64,000 nt of DNA from an uncultured Bdellovibrionales bacterium (GCA_964497185.1 CAZCBX010000010.1:33176-97175); one strand, 5' to 3'. Counted from the first letter of the stretch, positions 49,140 through 59,317 are shown. Made by a program: numbers and translations. The notes: generated from the letters alone by a model not told the origin.

Positions 49140-49793
49140 TTACACATAGGAATCGGCCGAAATAAGGCCATTGTCCAATGCGTAACGAACCATCTTGGCG
49201 CGGGTATCGAGGTCTAATTTTTTACTGATGCGAGACCGATAGGTTTCAACACTTTTGACACTCAAAAACAATTTTTCAGCGATGTCTTGATAAGTGTAGC
49301 CATATGCAATGTATTTTAGAACTTCCAACTCTCGTTCGCTTAGAATCTCTTTGCCTTTTTTCTTGACGATGGGTTTGCCGTCCAAATAATCACCTTCAAT
49401 ATCGTTGGTTTTAATAAAAGGCTGTCCCGCCAGAACAGACCGAATCGCACGTTTGAGTTCTGTTTCAGCAAATTGCTTAACAATAAAACCAGATGCGCCA
49501 GCGGTAACCGCTGAACGGACCCAACCAATGTCAGAATGCATGGTTAACACAATGATTTCGGTATCTGGCACCTGGTTTTTAATTTTTTTGATGGCGGGGA
49601 TGCCTGCGCCGTCGGGCATAGAAATATCAATGATGATAATGTTGGGTTGGTGTTCAATGCAGGCATTGATGGCCGCATGGCCGTTGGCCACTTCTTCCAC
49701 AACTTCGATGTCCCTCTCTGAGCTGAGCAACATTTTTAAACCAGAACGTAAAATAGAATGATCGTCGGCAAGGACAACTTTGATTTTATTCAA
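49140..49793 (-). CDS. NarL/LuxR-family response regulator (REC + HTH_LuxR)
   Basis: VVLADDH...IIIDISMPDG receiver motifs; C-terminal LSERELEVLKYIAYGYTYQDIAEKLFLSVKSVETY. Confidence 0.9.
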   Translation of the reverse strand: MNKIKVVLADDHSILRSGLKMLLSSERDIEVVEEVANGHAAINACIEHQPNIIIIDISMPDGAGIPAIKKIKNQVPDTEIIVLTMHSDIGWVRSAVTAGASGFIVKQFAETELKRAIRSVLAGQPFIKTNDIEGDYLDGKPIVKKKGKEILSERELEVLKYIAYGYTYQDIAEKLFLSVKSVETYRSRISKKLDLDTRAKMVRYALDNGLISADSYV

Positions 49794-50446
49794 CGGGCTC
49801 TCCGTAGGGGGATTTCAATCTGAAAATGGCTATTGCCATCCTCATATCGCAAGATGGGTTGATATTTTTGGACCAGAAGTTTGGTTGCTTCATTTTCTTG
49901 AAAGTATTTTTCAATCTCTCGGGTGCAATCTTCTCCTTTTTCATAAATATAAATGGCCAGTGATTCATGACTGCAGAGCACATTGCAGGTGATTTCAAAA
50001 TTAAGTCGAGCCAAGGCATTTTCCACGTAAAACCATAAAGTTTTAACCGCAAACGAACTAATGTGAAAGGGAATTAATTCAACCTCGATATCTTGGTTGT
50101 ATGTAACGTGAATGGAAATGGGATAGCGTTCTTGATAATAGGCCTGGACGCTTTTTATTTGCTGTTCAAGGCTCTGGTTCGAGTCAATGGGTAAATCCTT
50201 GAGTGTTTGGTGAAAGGACACCACAGCCGATTGCAAATCTTTGATCTGCTGGTAGAGCTGATCAATTCGCTGCTCGGATTCATACTGCTCGGACAGAGAT
50301 TTAAGCTGAAGGGACAGGGCAGTTAGACCCGAAGCCATTTGATCATGAAAAAAGCCGCGCGTGCGCAGACGAGTCTCCTGATGACTTTCTACCAAGGATT
50401 GAATAACTTTTTTTGCATTTCGTCTACATCTTTCGAGTTCTTCCAT
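49790..50446 (-). CDS. soluble NarL-type histidine kinase (HisKA_3) with a degenerate ATPase domain
   Basis: H-box ETRLRTRGFFHDQMASGLTAL; no TM segments; the C-terminal region lacks clear G1/G2 (DxGxG / GxGLxG) boxes; 4-nt overlap with the regulator. Confidence 0.6.
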   Translation of the reverse strand: MEELERCRRNAKKVIQSLVESHQETRLRTRGFFHDQMASGLTALSLQLKSLSEQYESEQRIDQLYQQIKDLQSAVVSFHQTLKDLPIDSNQSLEQQIKSVQAYYQERYPISIHVTYNQDIEVELIPFHISSFAVKTLWFYVENALARLNFEITCNVLCSHESLAIYIYEKGEDCTREIEKYFQENEATKLLVQKYQPILRYEDGNSHFQIEIPLRRAR

Positions 50447-50461
50447 AAGCTTAAATTATAG

Positions 50462-50482
50462 TTTGTAAGGTAAAAACTTACA
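50462..50482. promoter_or_regulatory. palindromic candidate operator in a divergent promoter region
   Basis: TTGTAAG-n7-CTTACAA, 16 nt upstream of the histidine-kinase start and 170 nt upstream of the DUF481 gene. Confidence 0.3.
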
Positions 50483-50653
50483 AGGAAATGTCACTGCTTT
50501 TCTAAGGCTAGGATCAAATCTTACTTATTAAGAGTGAAGCCTTGAAAGCCTAACCTAGGTTAGAAAAAGGGTTAATCGGCGCAAGACTACTTGCATTTTT
50601 AAAAAGCTACCTGTATCTGTACAAACACATTTGAGGAAAGGAATAAGAAAAAC

Positions 50654-51388
50654 ATGAATAAAATAACGGTATTACTTCTGGCCATGACGGCTTCATTGCA
50701 TGCTTTTGCACAAGAAGGCGCAGAAGAGAAATGGACCGCCACAGCAGGTGTGACAGGTATTATCAACACAGGTAACGCTGAAAATACAACCATTGGTGGT
50801 AACGCCATTGTTTCTTATCAGCAAGATGAAAATCTTTTGACCTTCAATGCTGATGGTGCGTATGGACGCGCTGAAGTCAACGGTACCAAAGAAACCAACA
50901 CCAAAAACTGGACGATTCAACTTCGATATGACCGTTTTTTAGCTGAACATGTGTCCATTTATGGTCTAACCCGCGTAAATCAAAACAAACCTTCGGGTTT
51001 CGATTTGCGTTATGGTGGTGCCACCGGTTTATCGCTGTACATTATCCGTAATGACGACACGACGCTCAAAGCAGAAGCTGGTTACGACTACAGCCGTGAG
51101 GAACGAATTGGCACACCCGATGCGAGCATCCATTCTGCACGTTTTTATGCGCAATTTACCCGAAAAGTGAATGAAAACGTATTTTTTGGCCAAGATGTTG
51201 AAGCACTTTTTAACTTGGAAGACAGCGATGATGTGCGTATGAACACGTTAACATCATTGAATGTCGCTTTGAGTGAAGATACTTCATTGGCATTAAGTTA
51301 CATAGTGCGATGGGATAACCAACCAGTGGCAGGGTTTGAGGAAGTGGACACAACCACGCAAATTGGTTTGAACGTCAATTTTTTATAA
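50654..51388 (+). CDS. DUF481 (YdiY-like) outer-membrane beta-barrel protein
   Basis: Signal peptide, alternating beta-strand pattern, terminal aromatic residue (NVNFL), ~244 aa. Confidence 0.5.
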   Translation: MNKITVLLLAMTASLHAFAQEGAEEKWTATAGVTGIINTGNAENTTIGGNAIVSYQQDENLLTFNADGAYGRAEVNGTKETNTKNWTIQLRYDRFLAEHVSIYGLTRVNQNKPSGFDLRYGGATGLSLYIIRNDDTTLKAEAGYDYSREERIGTPDASIHSARFYAQFTRKVNENVFFGQDVEALFNLEDSDDVRMNTLTSLNVALSEDTSLALSYIVRWDNQPVAGFEEVDTTTQIGLNVNFL

Positions 51389-51425
51389 ATTAAATGAATG
51401 AACAGAATATAAAAGGAGATAAATT

Positions 51426-52649
51426 ATGATTAGAAAAGTAGGATTATTTGCTTTTGCTGCCATGTTTGCAGCAACCGCATTCGCTCAAAGCGTGCAAACA
51501 GGCTTTGAGTTTAGCCCATATTTTGGATATCGTTTTTCAGACGATTATGGATCTTTGAACCCCGATGATGCACCCATGGCTGGTGTTCGTCTTGGTTATT
51601 TTTTAACCGAGTTTCTTAGCTTAGAGGCTTCAGTTCAGCGCGCTTTTGCAGAAGCAGACAACGTTGCGCCGTTTAATGGAGAAAACATTGATTTTGACTC
51701 CATTCGACTCAATGCGTTGGTTCACTTGACCGATACCCGCGTTCGTCCTTTTGTGACTGTGGGTGGTGGTTATGAGTATTTTGACTCTAGCAACACCGAC
51801 TCCCAACATGATTGGGGCGTAAACGGTGGTGTGGGTGTTCGCTTTTTCGCAGGCGATTCTGCGGGCGTACGTCTTGATGGTCGATACATCGGTGTCAACG
51901 TTGATGGTGTAGGCGATGATTGGCAACACAATTATGAAGCGCACGTTGGCTTGTTCTTCCTATTTGGAACAGACAATGAAAAAGAAGAAAAACCCGTTGA
52001 AGTTGTCAAAGTCATGGACGCAGACAAAGACGGCGTGGTGGACAACATGGACGAATGTCCCAACACACCCACAGGCGTTGTGGTCAATGCCAAAGGCTGT
52101 GAAGAAGAAACATTTGTGGATGAAGACAGCGACGGCATTTCCGATGCCGAAGATCAATGTCCTGCAACACCTGCCAATGCTCCAGTGGATGAAAATGGTT
52201 GTGCTTTGGATTCAGACAATGACGGTGTAAAAAATTACATGGACCGTTGTCCCAACACTGCTGATGGTGAAGAAGTGGATAACAATGGTTGTCCAGTGGT
52301 CAGCAAAGCACGTGGTGCTTTGGAAGGCGTTGTCTTTAAAACCAACAGTCCTGACCTTACACCCAATGCAGAGCAGGTGCTCAATGGCGTAGCTGAGGAA
52401 CTTTCACAGTTTCCTGGCGTGAAAGTTGAAGTGGAAGGCCACACCGACAGTGTGGGTGATGAAAGCTACAACTTGCAGCTATCACAAAAGCGTGCCGAGT
52501 CTGTATTGGACTACTTGGTCAGCAAAGGCATCAGCCGTGATAGACTAACTGCTGTTGGTTATGGTGAAACCCAACCAATTGCGGATAACTCAACCAAAGA
52601 AGGTCGATTCAAAAACCGTCGCGTTGAGTTGGAGTGGTTGGATAACTAA
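51426..52649 (+). CDS. OmpA-family outer membrane protein with thrombospondin type 3 (Ca-binding) repeats
   Basis: N-terminal beta-barrel; four DxDxDGxxDxxDxCP repeats; C-terminal OmpA domain (TDSVGDESYNLQLSQKRAESV...NRRVEL). Confidence 0.85.
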   Translation: MIRKVGLFAFAAMFAATAFAQSVQTGFEFSPYFGYRFSDDYGSLNPDDAPMAGVRLGYFLTEFLSLEASVQRAFAEADNVAPFNGENIDFDSIRLNALVHLTDTRVRPFVTVGGGYEYFDSSNTDSQHDWGVNGGVGVRFFAGDSAGVRLDGRYIGVNVDGVGDDWQHNYEAHVGLFFLFGTDNEKEEKPVEVVKVMDADKDGVVDNMDECPNTPTGVVVNAKGCEEETFVDEDSDGISDAEDQCPATPANAPVDENGCALDSDNDGVKNYMDRCPNTADGEEVDNNGCPVVSKARGALEGVVFKTNSPDLTPNAEQVLNGVAEELSQFPGVKVEVEGHTDSVGDESYNLQLSQKRAESVLDYLVSKGISRDRLTAVGYGETQPIADNSTKEGRFKNRRVELEWLDN

Positions 52650-52684
52650 TCTTACCGCTCTACCTAACATAGGTAAGCACTTGA

Positions 52685-52725
52685 AAGGGGCGAATGGCTT
52701 TTGGGTCATTTGCCCCTTTTTTTAT
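52685..52725 (+). terminator. Rho-independent terminator after the ompA-like gene
   Basis: ggggcgaatg...catttgcccc hairpin followed by ttttttta. Confidence 0.65.
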
Positions 52726-52854
52726 ACCGCGTTGGGGCCGATTCGACCCTATTGGTGTTTCTGGGTTTTGGGCTGCTTTATAGATCGTTAAAACCAAAGC
52801 CTGAGGGTGATTCGGCCTTTGGAAAGTTTAAATAGTGTAGTATAGGGGAGCGTT

Positions 52855-53616
52855 ATGTTTGCTCAAACAGCTCAAACGTTTTTATGGATTTTGTTCAGTG
52901 GATTGTTGATGAGTGCCATCGCGCTGATTGGCCTGGTGGTGATTTGGATTCCGCCCAAATTGTTGGATCGCATGTTGATTCCTTTGGTTGCATTTGCTGC
53001 AGGTTCACTGTTGGCCGGCGCGCTTTTTTTCCTATTGCCCGAAAGCATTGACCACATCGGCAATCGACCATCCGTGTACATTTGGCTGGTGGTGGGCTTT
53101 TTAACGTTTTACATTATGGAGCAGTTTCTGCATTGGCACCATTGTCATCATGCCACGCATCACCAGCCACTGACCTATTTGGTACTTTTGTCGGATGCGG
53201 TTCATAACTTTATTGGAGGCATGGCCGTAGGGGGTAGTTTTATGGTGGACATTCGCGTTGGCCTTACAGCCTGGGTGGCTGCAGCCATGCATGAAATCCC
53301 CCAAGAGCTGGGAGACTATGGCATTTTGATTCATGGCGGATGGGAAAAACGAAAAGCCCTGCTATTTAATTTTTTAACAGCGCTCACGTTTCCGCTGGGC
53401 GGCATCACAGTATTTTTTATGGCCAGGGTCATTGACGTATCTTTTTTACTTCCCTTTGCCGCAGGTAATTTTTTGTACATTGCGGCCGTGGATCTGGTGC
53501 CAGAAATTAAAAACCACGACAAACTTTCCAAAAATTTAATCCATTTTGTCTCTTTTGTGGCAGGTATGGGCATTATTCTTTTAACCCATACATTTTTTGG
53601 ACACAGCCACGCATGA
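52855..53616 (+). CDS. ZIP-family metal cation transporter (ZupT-like)
   Basis: HEIPQELGDYGILIHGG and His-rich loop HWHHCHHATHH. Confidence 0.8.
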   Translation: MFAQTAQTFLWILFSGLLMSAIALIGLVVIWIPPKLLDRMLIPLVAFAAGSLLAGALFFLLPESIDHIGNRPSVYIWLVVGFLTFYIMEQFLHWHHCHHATHHQPLTYLVLLSDAVHNFIGGMAVGGSFMVDIRVGLTAWVAAAMHEIPQELGDYGILIHGGWEKRKALLFNFLTALTFPLGGITVFFMARVIDVSFLLPFAAGNFLYIAAVDLVPEIKNHDKLSKNLIHFVSFVAGMGIILLTHTFFGHSHA

Positions 53617-53993
53617 CCCATCGCCTTCAAGCTTTTATAGGAAGTATCGCGTGCATGGCCGCCATTGGCCTGGGTGCATTTGGCGCCCATGGACTAAAAA
53701 ATATTCTTTCTGAATCCTATTTAAACGTGTTTGAAGTGGGCGTTCGGTATCAATTTTATCATGGGGCCGCCCTGATCTTGCTGGCCATTGTCGGTCAAGT
53801 CGGTCTTTGCCATAAAACTTCTAGGGCTGCCTGGTGTTTTCTTGTTGGGATTGTGCTGTTTTCAGGATCTTTGTATGTGCTATCGCTAACAGGTGTTAAA
53901 CAGTGGGGGATGGTTACGCCGATCGGTGGTGTAACCTGGCTCATTGGCTGGAGCTTGACGGCGTATCAAATCTATTTTACCAATAAACCATGA
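53613..53993 (+). CDS. DUF423 (YgdD-like) membrane protein
   Basis: IGLGAFGAHGLKN...YQFYHGAALI motif; 126 aa; 4-nt overlaps with both neighbours. Confidence 0.6.
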   Translation: MTHRLQAFIGSIACMAAIGLGAFGAHGLKNILSESYLNVFEVGVRYQFYHGAALILLAIVGQVGLCHKTSRAAWCFLVGIVLFSGSLYVLSLTGVKQWGMVTPIGGVTWLIGWSLTAYQIYFTNKP

Positions 53994-54253
53994 TCTCCAA
54001 GTACAAATTGCATTATGGTGGCAGTCTTTTTTGGCTTATTTTTTGGGCAATATTTTTCTTTCCCATGGCGGTGCTTTTTCTTTATCTCAATGCTCAATTT
54101 GAATCGCCCGAGACGCGCTATTTTTTCGAATACAATGGCAGTGTCTTTTGGCTTGGGTTCTGGTTGATTGTTTTTTTCCCCTTGGCCATTGTGCTGCTCC
54201 TGCTCAATGGGGTGACACTCTGCAGGCAACTGCAACAGCCAGGAATCAATTAG
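53990..54253 (+). CDS. small membrane protein made of an internal tandem duplication
   Basis: GGSLFWLIFWAIFFFPMAVLFLYLN is repeated as NGSVFWLGFWLIVFFPLAIVLLLLN; 87 aa; translationally coupled. Confidence 0.45.
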   Translation: MISKYKLHYGGSLFWLIFWAIFFFPMAVLFLYLNAQFESPETRYFFEYNGSVFWLGFWLIVFFPLAIVLLLLNGVTLCRQLQQPGIN

Positions 54254-54257
54254 ATTC

Positions 54258-55055
54258 ATGAGGGCTTTTTTTCAGGGCATTCGTACGCCGTTTCGAGGTT
54301 TTTCGGTATTGCTTGCCCATCGCTCTTTGCAGCTTCGCCTGCTTATTCCTTATGCATTGATTGTTTTGGTGTTGGTGGTGGGTTTGGCTGTTTTTTTTCA
54401 ATGGGGCACCCATCAAATTCACCTCTTTACCGACGCACTGCTTGAAACCATTGGATTGGATATCGATGCAGCCGCGCAGTACCGTTGGTATAGCAAAGCA
54501 TTTTTGTATGCATGTTTCTATGCATTAACGGGTTTGTTTTGGGTGATTGCATTGGGCCTTTTTGGCGTATTGACCATGGTGCTGAGTAACATTCTTTGTT
54601 CGTTTTTTTGGGAAGTATTGATTGAAGAAGTTTTTTCAATTTTTAATAAGAACCATTGGATTTACCAAGAAACGTCATGGCTAAAACGCGTGATGATCCC
54701 CATGGGCCGTGAAATCTTAAAAGAATGCATCTATGTTGGTCTTTTTTTGGGGGTATGGCTGCTGAGTTTTATCCCAGTGTTGGGTCCGTGGGGAACCATT
54801 CTCTTGGGACCACCTTTATTGTGCTATTGGTATGGTTTTATGGTCAATGATTTTGCGCTATCGGTGATGGCCATGCCCGTGGCCAAACGCATGGACTATG
54901 GTAGAAAACAATGGCTTTATTTTTTAGGCATAGGCATCTATGCATTGGTTCCTTTTTTGGGCGTGCTGATTTATCCATTTTTAATCGTGGGCAATGCCCA
55001 TCAGATGGTTCAGGCAGATGGCGGCGAGCCCTGGTCTTTAGGCAGCCGACAATAA
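54258..55055 (+). CDS. EI24/CysZ-like membrane protein
   Basis: 265 aa; topology and C-terminal pattern resemble CysZ / the EI24 domain. Confidence 0.4.
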   Translation: MRAFFQGIRTPFRGFSVLLAHRSLQLRLLIPYALIVLVLVVGLAVFFQWGTHQIHLFTDALLETIGLDIDAAAQYRWYSKAFLYACFYALTGLFWVIALGLFGVLTMVLSNILCSFFWEVLIEEVFSIFNKNHWIYQETSWLKRVMIPMGREILKECIYVGLFLGVWLLSFIPVLGPWGTILLGPPLLCYWYGFMVNDFALSVMAMPVAKRMDYGRKQWLYFLGIGIYALVPFLGVLIYPFLIVGNAHQMVQADGGEPWSLGSRQ

Positions 55056-55169
55056 GCATCACATTGAACAACGGGCTGTGGTGGATATTTAACAGCCAGT
55101 TTGGTGCATCGAAAAAAAGTGGAGGTTTTGGTGTATACGGGCGCCATGTGTTGGCAGGTTCGACACAAG

Positions 55170-55991
55170 CTATTGCGATGCAAGCACATCCGTGAATCCT
55201 TCTTTGTAGCTCGAAAACATGAGTTTAAAACCACTGTTGAGTATCCGCGCATTGTCAAGCGCTTTGCCACTGCGTGACGTGGGTGCAGGGTGCTCAAAGG
55301 TCTTATCAAGCTTGTCGTGAAGCCAAGCCATGATTTCCCAATAGTTTGCAGGATGAGAATCTGTACCAATGTAAAGCGATTGAGGCTGCGCCAGGTTTGC
55401 GAGATGCACCATCAACCGAGCGGCATCTTGGACATGAATGCGGTTGGATATTTTTTGAAAATCCAAGCGATTCACCTGTCCTTGTTGCACCATGCGGATC
55501 AACCTAGAGGAAATTTTGCCATACAAGCCAGAAAAACGCACGACTGTAGCGTTGTTGACATGGTCGGCAAGCCACTGCTCGGCTTTGAGCATGGTTTGAC
55601 CGCGGTAGTTTTGGGGGTTGGTGGGCGATGCTTCGGTGACTTTTTCTCCATTGTTTTGGTCATAAACCGCTGTGCTGGAAGCATACAACAAGCGGGTGTC
55701 GGCATGCATCCAAGATGCGATCTGGGGCAATGATTTGTAGTAAATGTCGTGATAGGCCTCCGGTGAAGCCTGGTCGGGCGCCGCTGTAAAAAAAATCCAA
55801 TCAAAATGGGTGGGCAAATCCAATGTGGAATGGGGCAAACGCCAGTCAAATGCCAAACCCTGAACGTAATTGGGTAGACGGTAGGGCGTTCGGGATATGG
55901 CAAACACTTGGGTATCGCGGCTTAAAAGTTGAGCAATGCGTGTGCCGACATCGCCGCACCCAACAATTAATGCTTTTTTAGAATGGCTCAT
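55170..55991 (-). CDS. NAD-dependent epimerase/dehydratase-family protein
   Basis: KALIVGCGDVGTRIAQ Rossmann motif; the start codon overlaps the malic-enzyme stop. Confidence 0.6.
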   Translation of the reverse strand: MSHSKKALIVGCGDVGTRIAQLLSRDTQVFAISRTPYRLPNYVQGLAFDWRLPHSTLDLPTHFDWIFFTAAPDQASPEAYHDIYYKSLPQIASWMHADTRLLYASSTAVYDQNNGEKVTEASPTNPQNYRGQTMLKAEQWLADHVNNATVVRFSGLYGKISSRLIRMVQQGQVNRLDFQKISNRIHVQDAARLMVHLANLAQPQSLYIGTDSHPANYWEIMAWLHDKLDKTFEHPAPTSRSGKALDNARILNSGFKLMFSSYKEGFTDVLASQ

Positions 55992-57676
55992 TCTGCCACA
56001 AGATTGGGATATGAAGGTTCCCACATAAAATCATCCACAATTTGTCGGGCTTGGTCCTTGGATAAATCTTGAATATCGCACAAAGTCTCAATGGCAATTT
56101 GTCGGGTTACGCTTCGCAGTCGTTGAATGTCAGGAAACAACATGCCTTTTTCTTTTTCTTCGGCGGTGACGCAATTGGACAGTGCTTTGGATGCCGTAAA
56201 AAATACTTTGGCATCAATGCATGAATGATTGCCCAAAATGCTGCTCAAGCCTACCCCAGGAAAAATAAAAACATTGTTGCCCTGACTGATAACATACTCT
56301 TTATTTTCATAGTGATACGAAGGAAAAGGACTGCCCGTGGCAATCAAAGCTTTGCCCTGACTCCATTCGATCACATCTGAAGGATGGGCTTCAGAGAGAT
56401 GATTGGGATTCGAAAATGGCATGATCATGGGACGCTGGCTTATCTTGCACATTTGTTCCACCATTTTTTGATCAATGATGCCTTGCTGTCCAGATGTACC
56501 GATGACGACTGTTGGCTTAAAAGCATCAATCATGGCGTGAAGGTCTTTTGAAGTTTCAGCCGTGATGCCCGCTTTTTCCATTTGCTCTGCGCTCCAGCCA
56601 AAATTCGCTTTGTATGGGTCCATGCGCGCACGGCCTTGATACAACAAGCCTTGTGAATCCGTGAGGGCCAGATGATCCATAGGGGTCACTTCAGGATGTT
56701 CAAGTTGAAGGGTTTGCTCAATCAATCGCGCGATTCCAATGCCCGCTGCCCCAGCGCCCATGATCAATATGCGCTGTTGTTTCAGTGACTCTTTTTTGAT
56801 CGAACAGCCAGTTAAAATTCCAGACAGTGCGACCGAGGCCGTGCCTTGGATGTCGTCATTAAAAGATAAAACGTTGTTTTTGTGCCGGTCCAGGATATCA
56901 AAGGCATTCTGTTTTCGAAAATCTTCCCATTGAATTAAGGCTTTGGGAAACTGAACTTTTACGGCTTCTACAAATTCATCTACAAGCGCATGATAAGGCT
57001 CACCGGTTAAACGGGCTTTTTTGTAGCCAATGTACAGTGGATCTTGAAGCAACCGATTGTTGTTGGTGCCCACGTCCAAACTGATGGGTAACACTTGCGT
57101 GGGATGAATGCCGGCCGCCACACAATACAACGCCAGTTTACCAATGGAAATGGCAATACCCCCCGCGCCTTGATCGCCAATGCCCAAAATGCTTTCATTG
57201 TCGGTGGCAACGATCAGTCGCACATCTTGTACAGGTGCATTTTTGAGCCGCTCCTGAATGTGCCCTCTATCATCGGGGGTGATCCAAAAACCTTTGGACC
57301 GGCGAAAAATTTGGCTGAACTCTTCACATGCTTGCCCAACAGTTGGGGTGTAGACCAGCGGCATAGCTTCCGCCAGATGATCCATTAAAAAGCGATAATA
57401 CAGCACTTCATTGCGGTGTTGCAGCGACAGCAGGGTGGTGTATTTTTCAAGATCTGTTTTCTTCTTTTGAATCCGTTGATAGGTTCGTTGGCATTGTTCT
57501 TTCAAGGTCGATACATGGGGGGGAAGAATGCCGTGCAGACCAAATGTTTCACGCTCTTGTGCATTAAAAGCGCTGCCTTTGTTAAGCGTGGGTTGATACA
57601 AAACATCGTATCCACGAAGGGGGGTTGTAATGGTCACGCCATTTTCATTTTTGCTTAAGGTGTAGCTAGCTTTCAT
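55988..57676 (-). CDS. maeA: NAD-dependent malic enzyme
   Basis: FNDDIQGTASVALSGIL, GAGAAGIGIA and malic-enzyme N/C domains; GAGGAG Shine-Dalgarno before the ATG at 57676. Confidence 0.85.
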   Translation of the reverse strand: MKASYTLSKNENGVTITTPLRGYDVLYQPTLNKGSAFNAQERETFGLHGILPPHVSTLKEQCQRTYQRIQKKKTDLEKYTTLLSLQHRNEVLYYRFLMDHLAEAMPLVYTPTVGQACEEFSQIFRRSKGFWITPDDRGHIQERLKNAPVQDVRLIVATDNESILGIGDQGAGGIAISIGKLALYCVAAGIHPTQVLPISLDVGTNNNRLLQDPLYIGYKKARLTGEPYHALVDEFVEAVKVQFPKALIQWEDFRKQNAFDILDRHKNNVLSFNDDIQGTASVALSGILTGCSIKKESLKQQRILIMGAGAAGIGIARLIEQTLQLEHPEVTPMDHLALTDSQGLLYQGRARMDPYKANFGWSAEQMEKAGITAETSKDLHAMIDAFKPTVVIGTSGQQGIIDQKMVEQMCKISQRPMIMPFSNPNHLSEAHPSDVIEWSQGKALIATGSPFPSYHYENKEYVISQGNNVFIFPGVGLSSILGNHSCIDAKVFFTASKALSNCVTAEEKEKGMLFPDIQRLRSVTRQIAIETLCDIQDLSKDQARQIVDDFMWEPSYPNLVAE

Positions 57677-59225
57677 TTTTTGGCTCCTCTGGCTGAGATA
57701 AATCAACATAATGGTCGGCTCGGATGATTAAAAAGATGACAGGCAGGCCCATCAAGGCAGTGATGAGAAAAAATTGGGTGTAGCCCAAAGCATCCACCAT
57801 CGACCCAGAATAACCGCCGATAATTTTAGGAAAAAGCGTCATAATTGAACTGAAAATGGCATACTGCGTGGCCGTAAAACGAATGTTGGTCAGCGCCGAT
57901 AAAAAAGCAATGTACGCAGCCAAAGACAAACCAGCAGACAAGTTATCTGCAACAATGACCCCAATGAGCATGCCCGGCGCATAACCGACTTGCGATAACA
58001 CCATAAAGAGCAAATTGGTGGCCGCCGACAAGATGGCACCCCATAACAATACACGCAGCACACCCCAACGCACGCACAATAAACCGCCCAGCATGCTGCC
58101 CGTCAGGGTCATGATCAAGCCAAATGTCTTGGATATGGCAGCTATCTCAATTTTGCTAAATCCCATATCCTGATAAAAAACATTGGCGATGACGCCCAAC
58201 ACAATGTCGGATATGCGATAAAACGCAATCAACAGTAAAAGAAAACAAGCACCTTTAAAATGATAACGGTTAAAAAAGTCTTTGATTGGATCAATGTAGC
58301 TCGTGTCCAATGTCTTTTGGCTGACAAAGCCTAACTGGACCATTGTTTTGGCCAGGCCCAAAGCCACAGCCAAAGCTGAGATCAAACGAATCAATTCCAC
58401 AAGAAAAGCCGCCAAATGTGGATTGTTGAACATGTTAGCCAGGTTTTGTTTGAATGAATCCGCCAGCCCATCCGTCCATATAAAGCAAAAGATGAAACCC
58501 AACGCCGATACCGCAAACATGCATGCAAAACGCACCAGGTTTTGTGTGGTTAACTCGGATGTTTGGATTTTATTGCGTTCAGGCTCAGGAATGCACAAGG
58601 TGGTAACAATGCCCACCAACATGCTCAGTGACATGATCAAATAAGTCCATTTCCATGCAGAATATTGGTAAGCACCCATTTCACTGCCCAACTTTTGCGC
58701 AAGAAACAAAGCGCCGGCACCAGCGGCAATCATCCCAATTCGATACCCTGCAATATAAGTGGAAGACATCAAGGCTTGCAAACTGGTGTCGGCCGATTCA
58801 ATGCGGTAGGCGTCAATCACGATATCTTGCGTGGCAGAAGAAAAGCCCAGAAACACTGCACCCAACGCCATATAAGTTAAAGACATGGGGCCTTGGGTTG
58901 GATTAGAAAATGCCATCCACGCAATGGCAGCCATAATCATGAGTTGAGAAAACAAAATCCACGCCCGGCGTCGCCCAAGCAGATGGGTCAAATAAGGAAG
59001 GGGTAACCGATCCACCAGGGGGGCCCACACAAATTTAAATGAATAGCCCAATGCAGCCCAGCTAAAATAAGTAACCGCGCTTCGCTCAATGCCTGCCTCA
59101 CGCAACCAGAGAGACAAGGATGAAAATATCAGCAAAATCGGAATGCCCGCTGAAAAACCATAAAACAGCATGGTGACAACCCGAGGGTGCAAAAATGGTT
59201 GAATGATGGACATTGCCGCCTTCAT
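57666..59225 (-). CDS. ampG: AmpG-family muropeptide MFS permease
   Basis: MLFYGFSAGIPILLIFSSLSLWLREAGI...KFVWAPLVDR...GRRRAWIL parallels E. coli AmpG. Confidence 0.7.
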   Translation of the reverse strand: MKAAMSIIQPFLHPRVVTMLFYGFSAGIPILLIFSSLSLWLREAGIERSAVTYFSWAALGYSFKFVWAPLVDRLPLPYLTHLLGRRRAWILFSQLMIMAAIAWMAFSNPTQGPMSLTYMALGAVFLGFSSATQDIVIDAYRIESADTSLQALMSSTYIAGYRIGMIAAGAGALFLAQKLGSEMGAYQYSAWKWTYLIMSLSMLVGIVTTLCIPEPERNKIQTSELTTQNLVRFACMFAVSALGFIFCFIWTDGLADSFKQNLANMFNNPHLAAFLVELIRLISALAVALGLAKTMVQLGFVSQKTLDTSYIDPIKDFFNRYHFKGACFLLLLIAFYRISDIVLGVIANVFYQDMGFSKIEIAAISKTFGLIMTLTGSMLGGLLCVRWGVLRVLLWGAILSAATNLLFMVLSQVGYAPGMLIGVIVADNLSAGLSLAAYIAFLSALTNIRFTATQYAIFSSIMTLFPKIIGGYSGSMVDALGYTQFFLITALMGLPVIFLIIRADHYVDLSQPEEPKNES

Positions 59226-59317
59226 GGAGCTGTATGTACCTTAATTGATTGAAGAAAGCCATGGTGTTTTGGCTTTTGCCTTGAAGAATACAGAGGCAAG
59301 AGGTAAAAGAACCGGCA

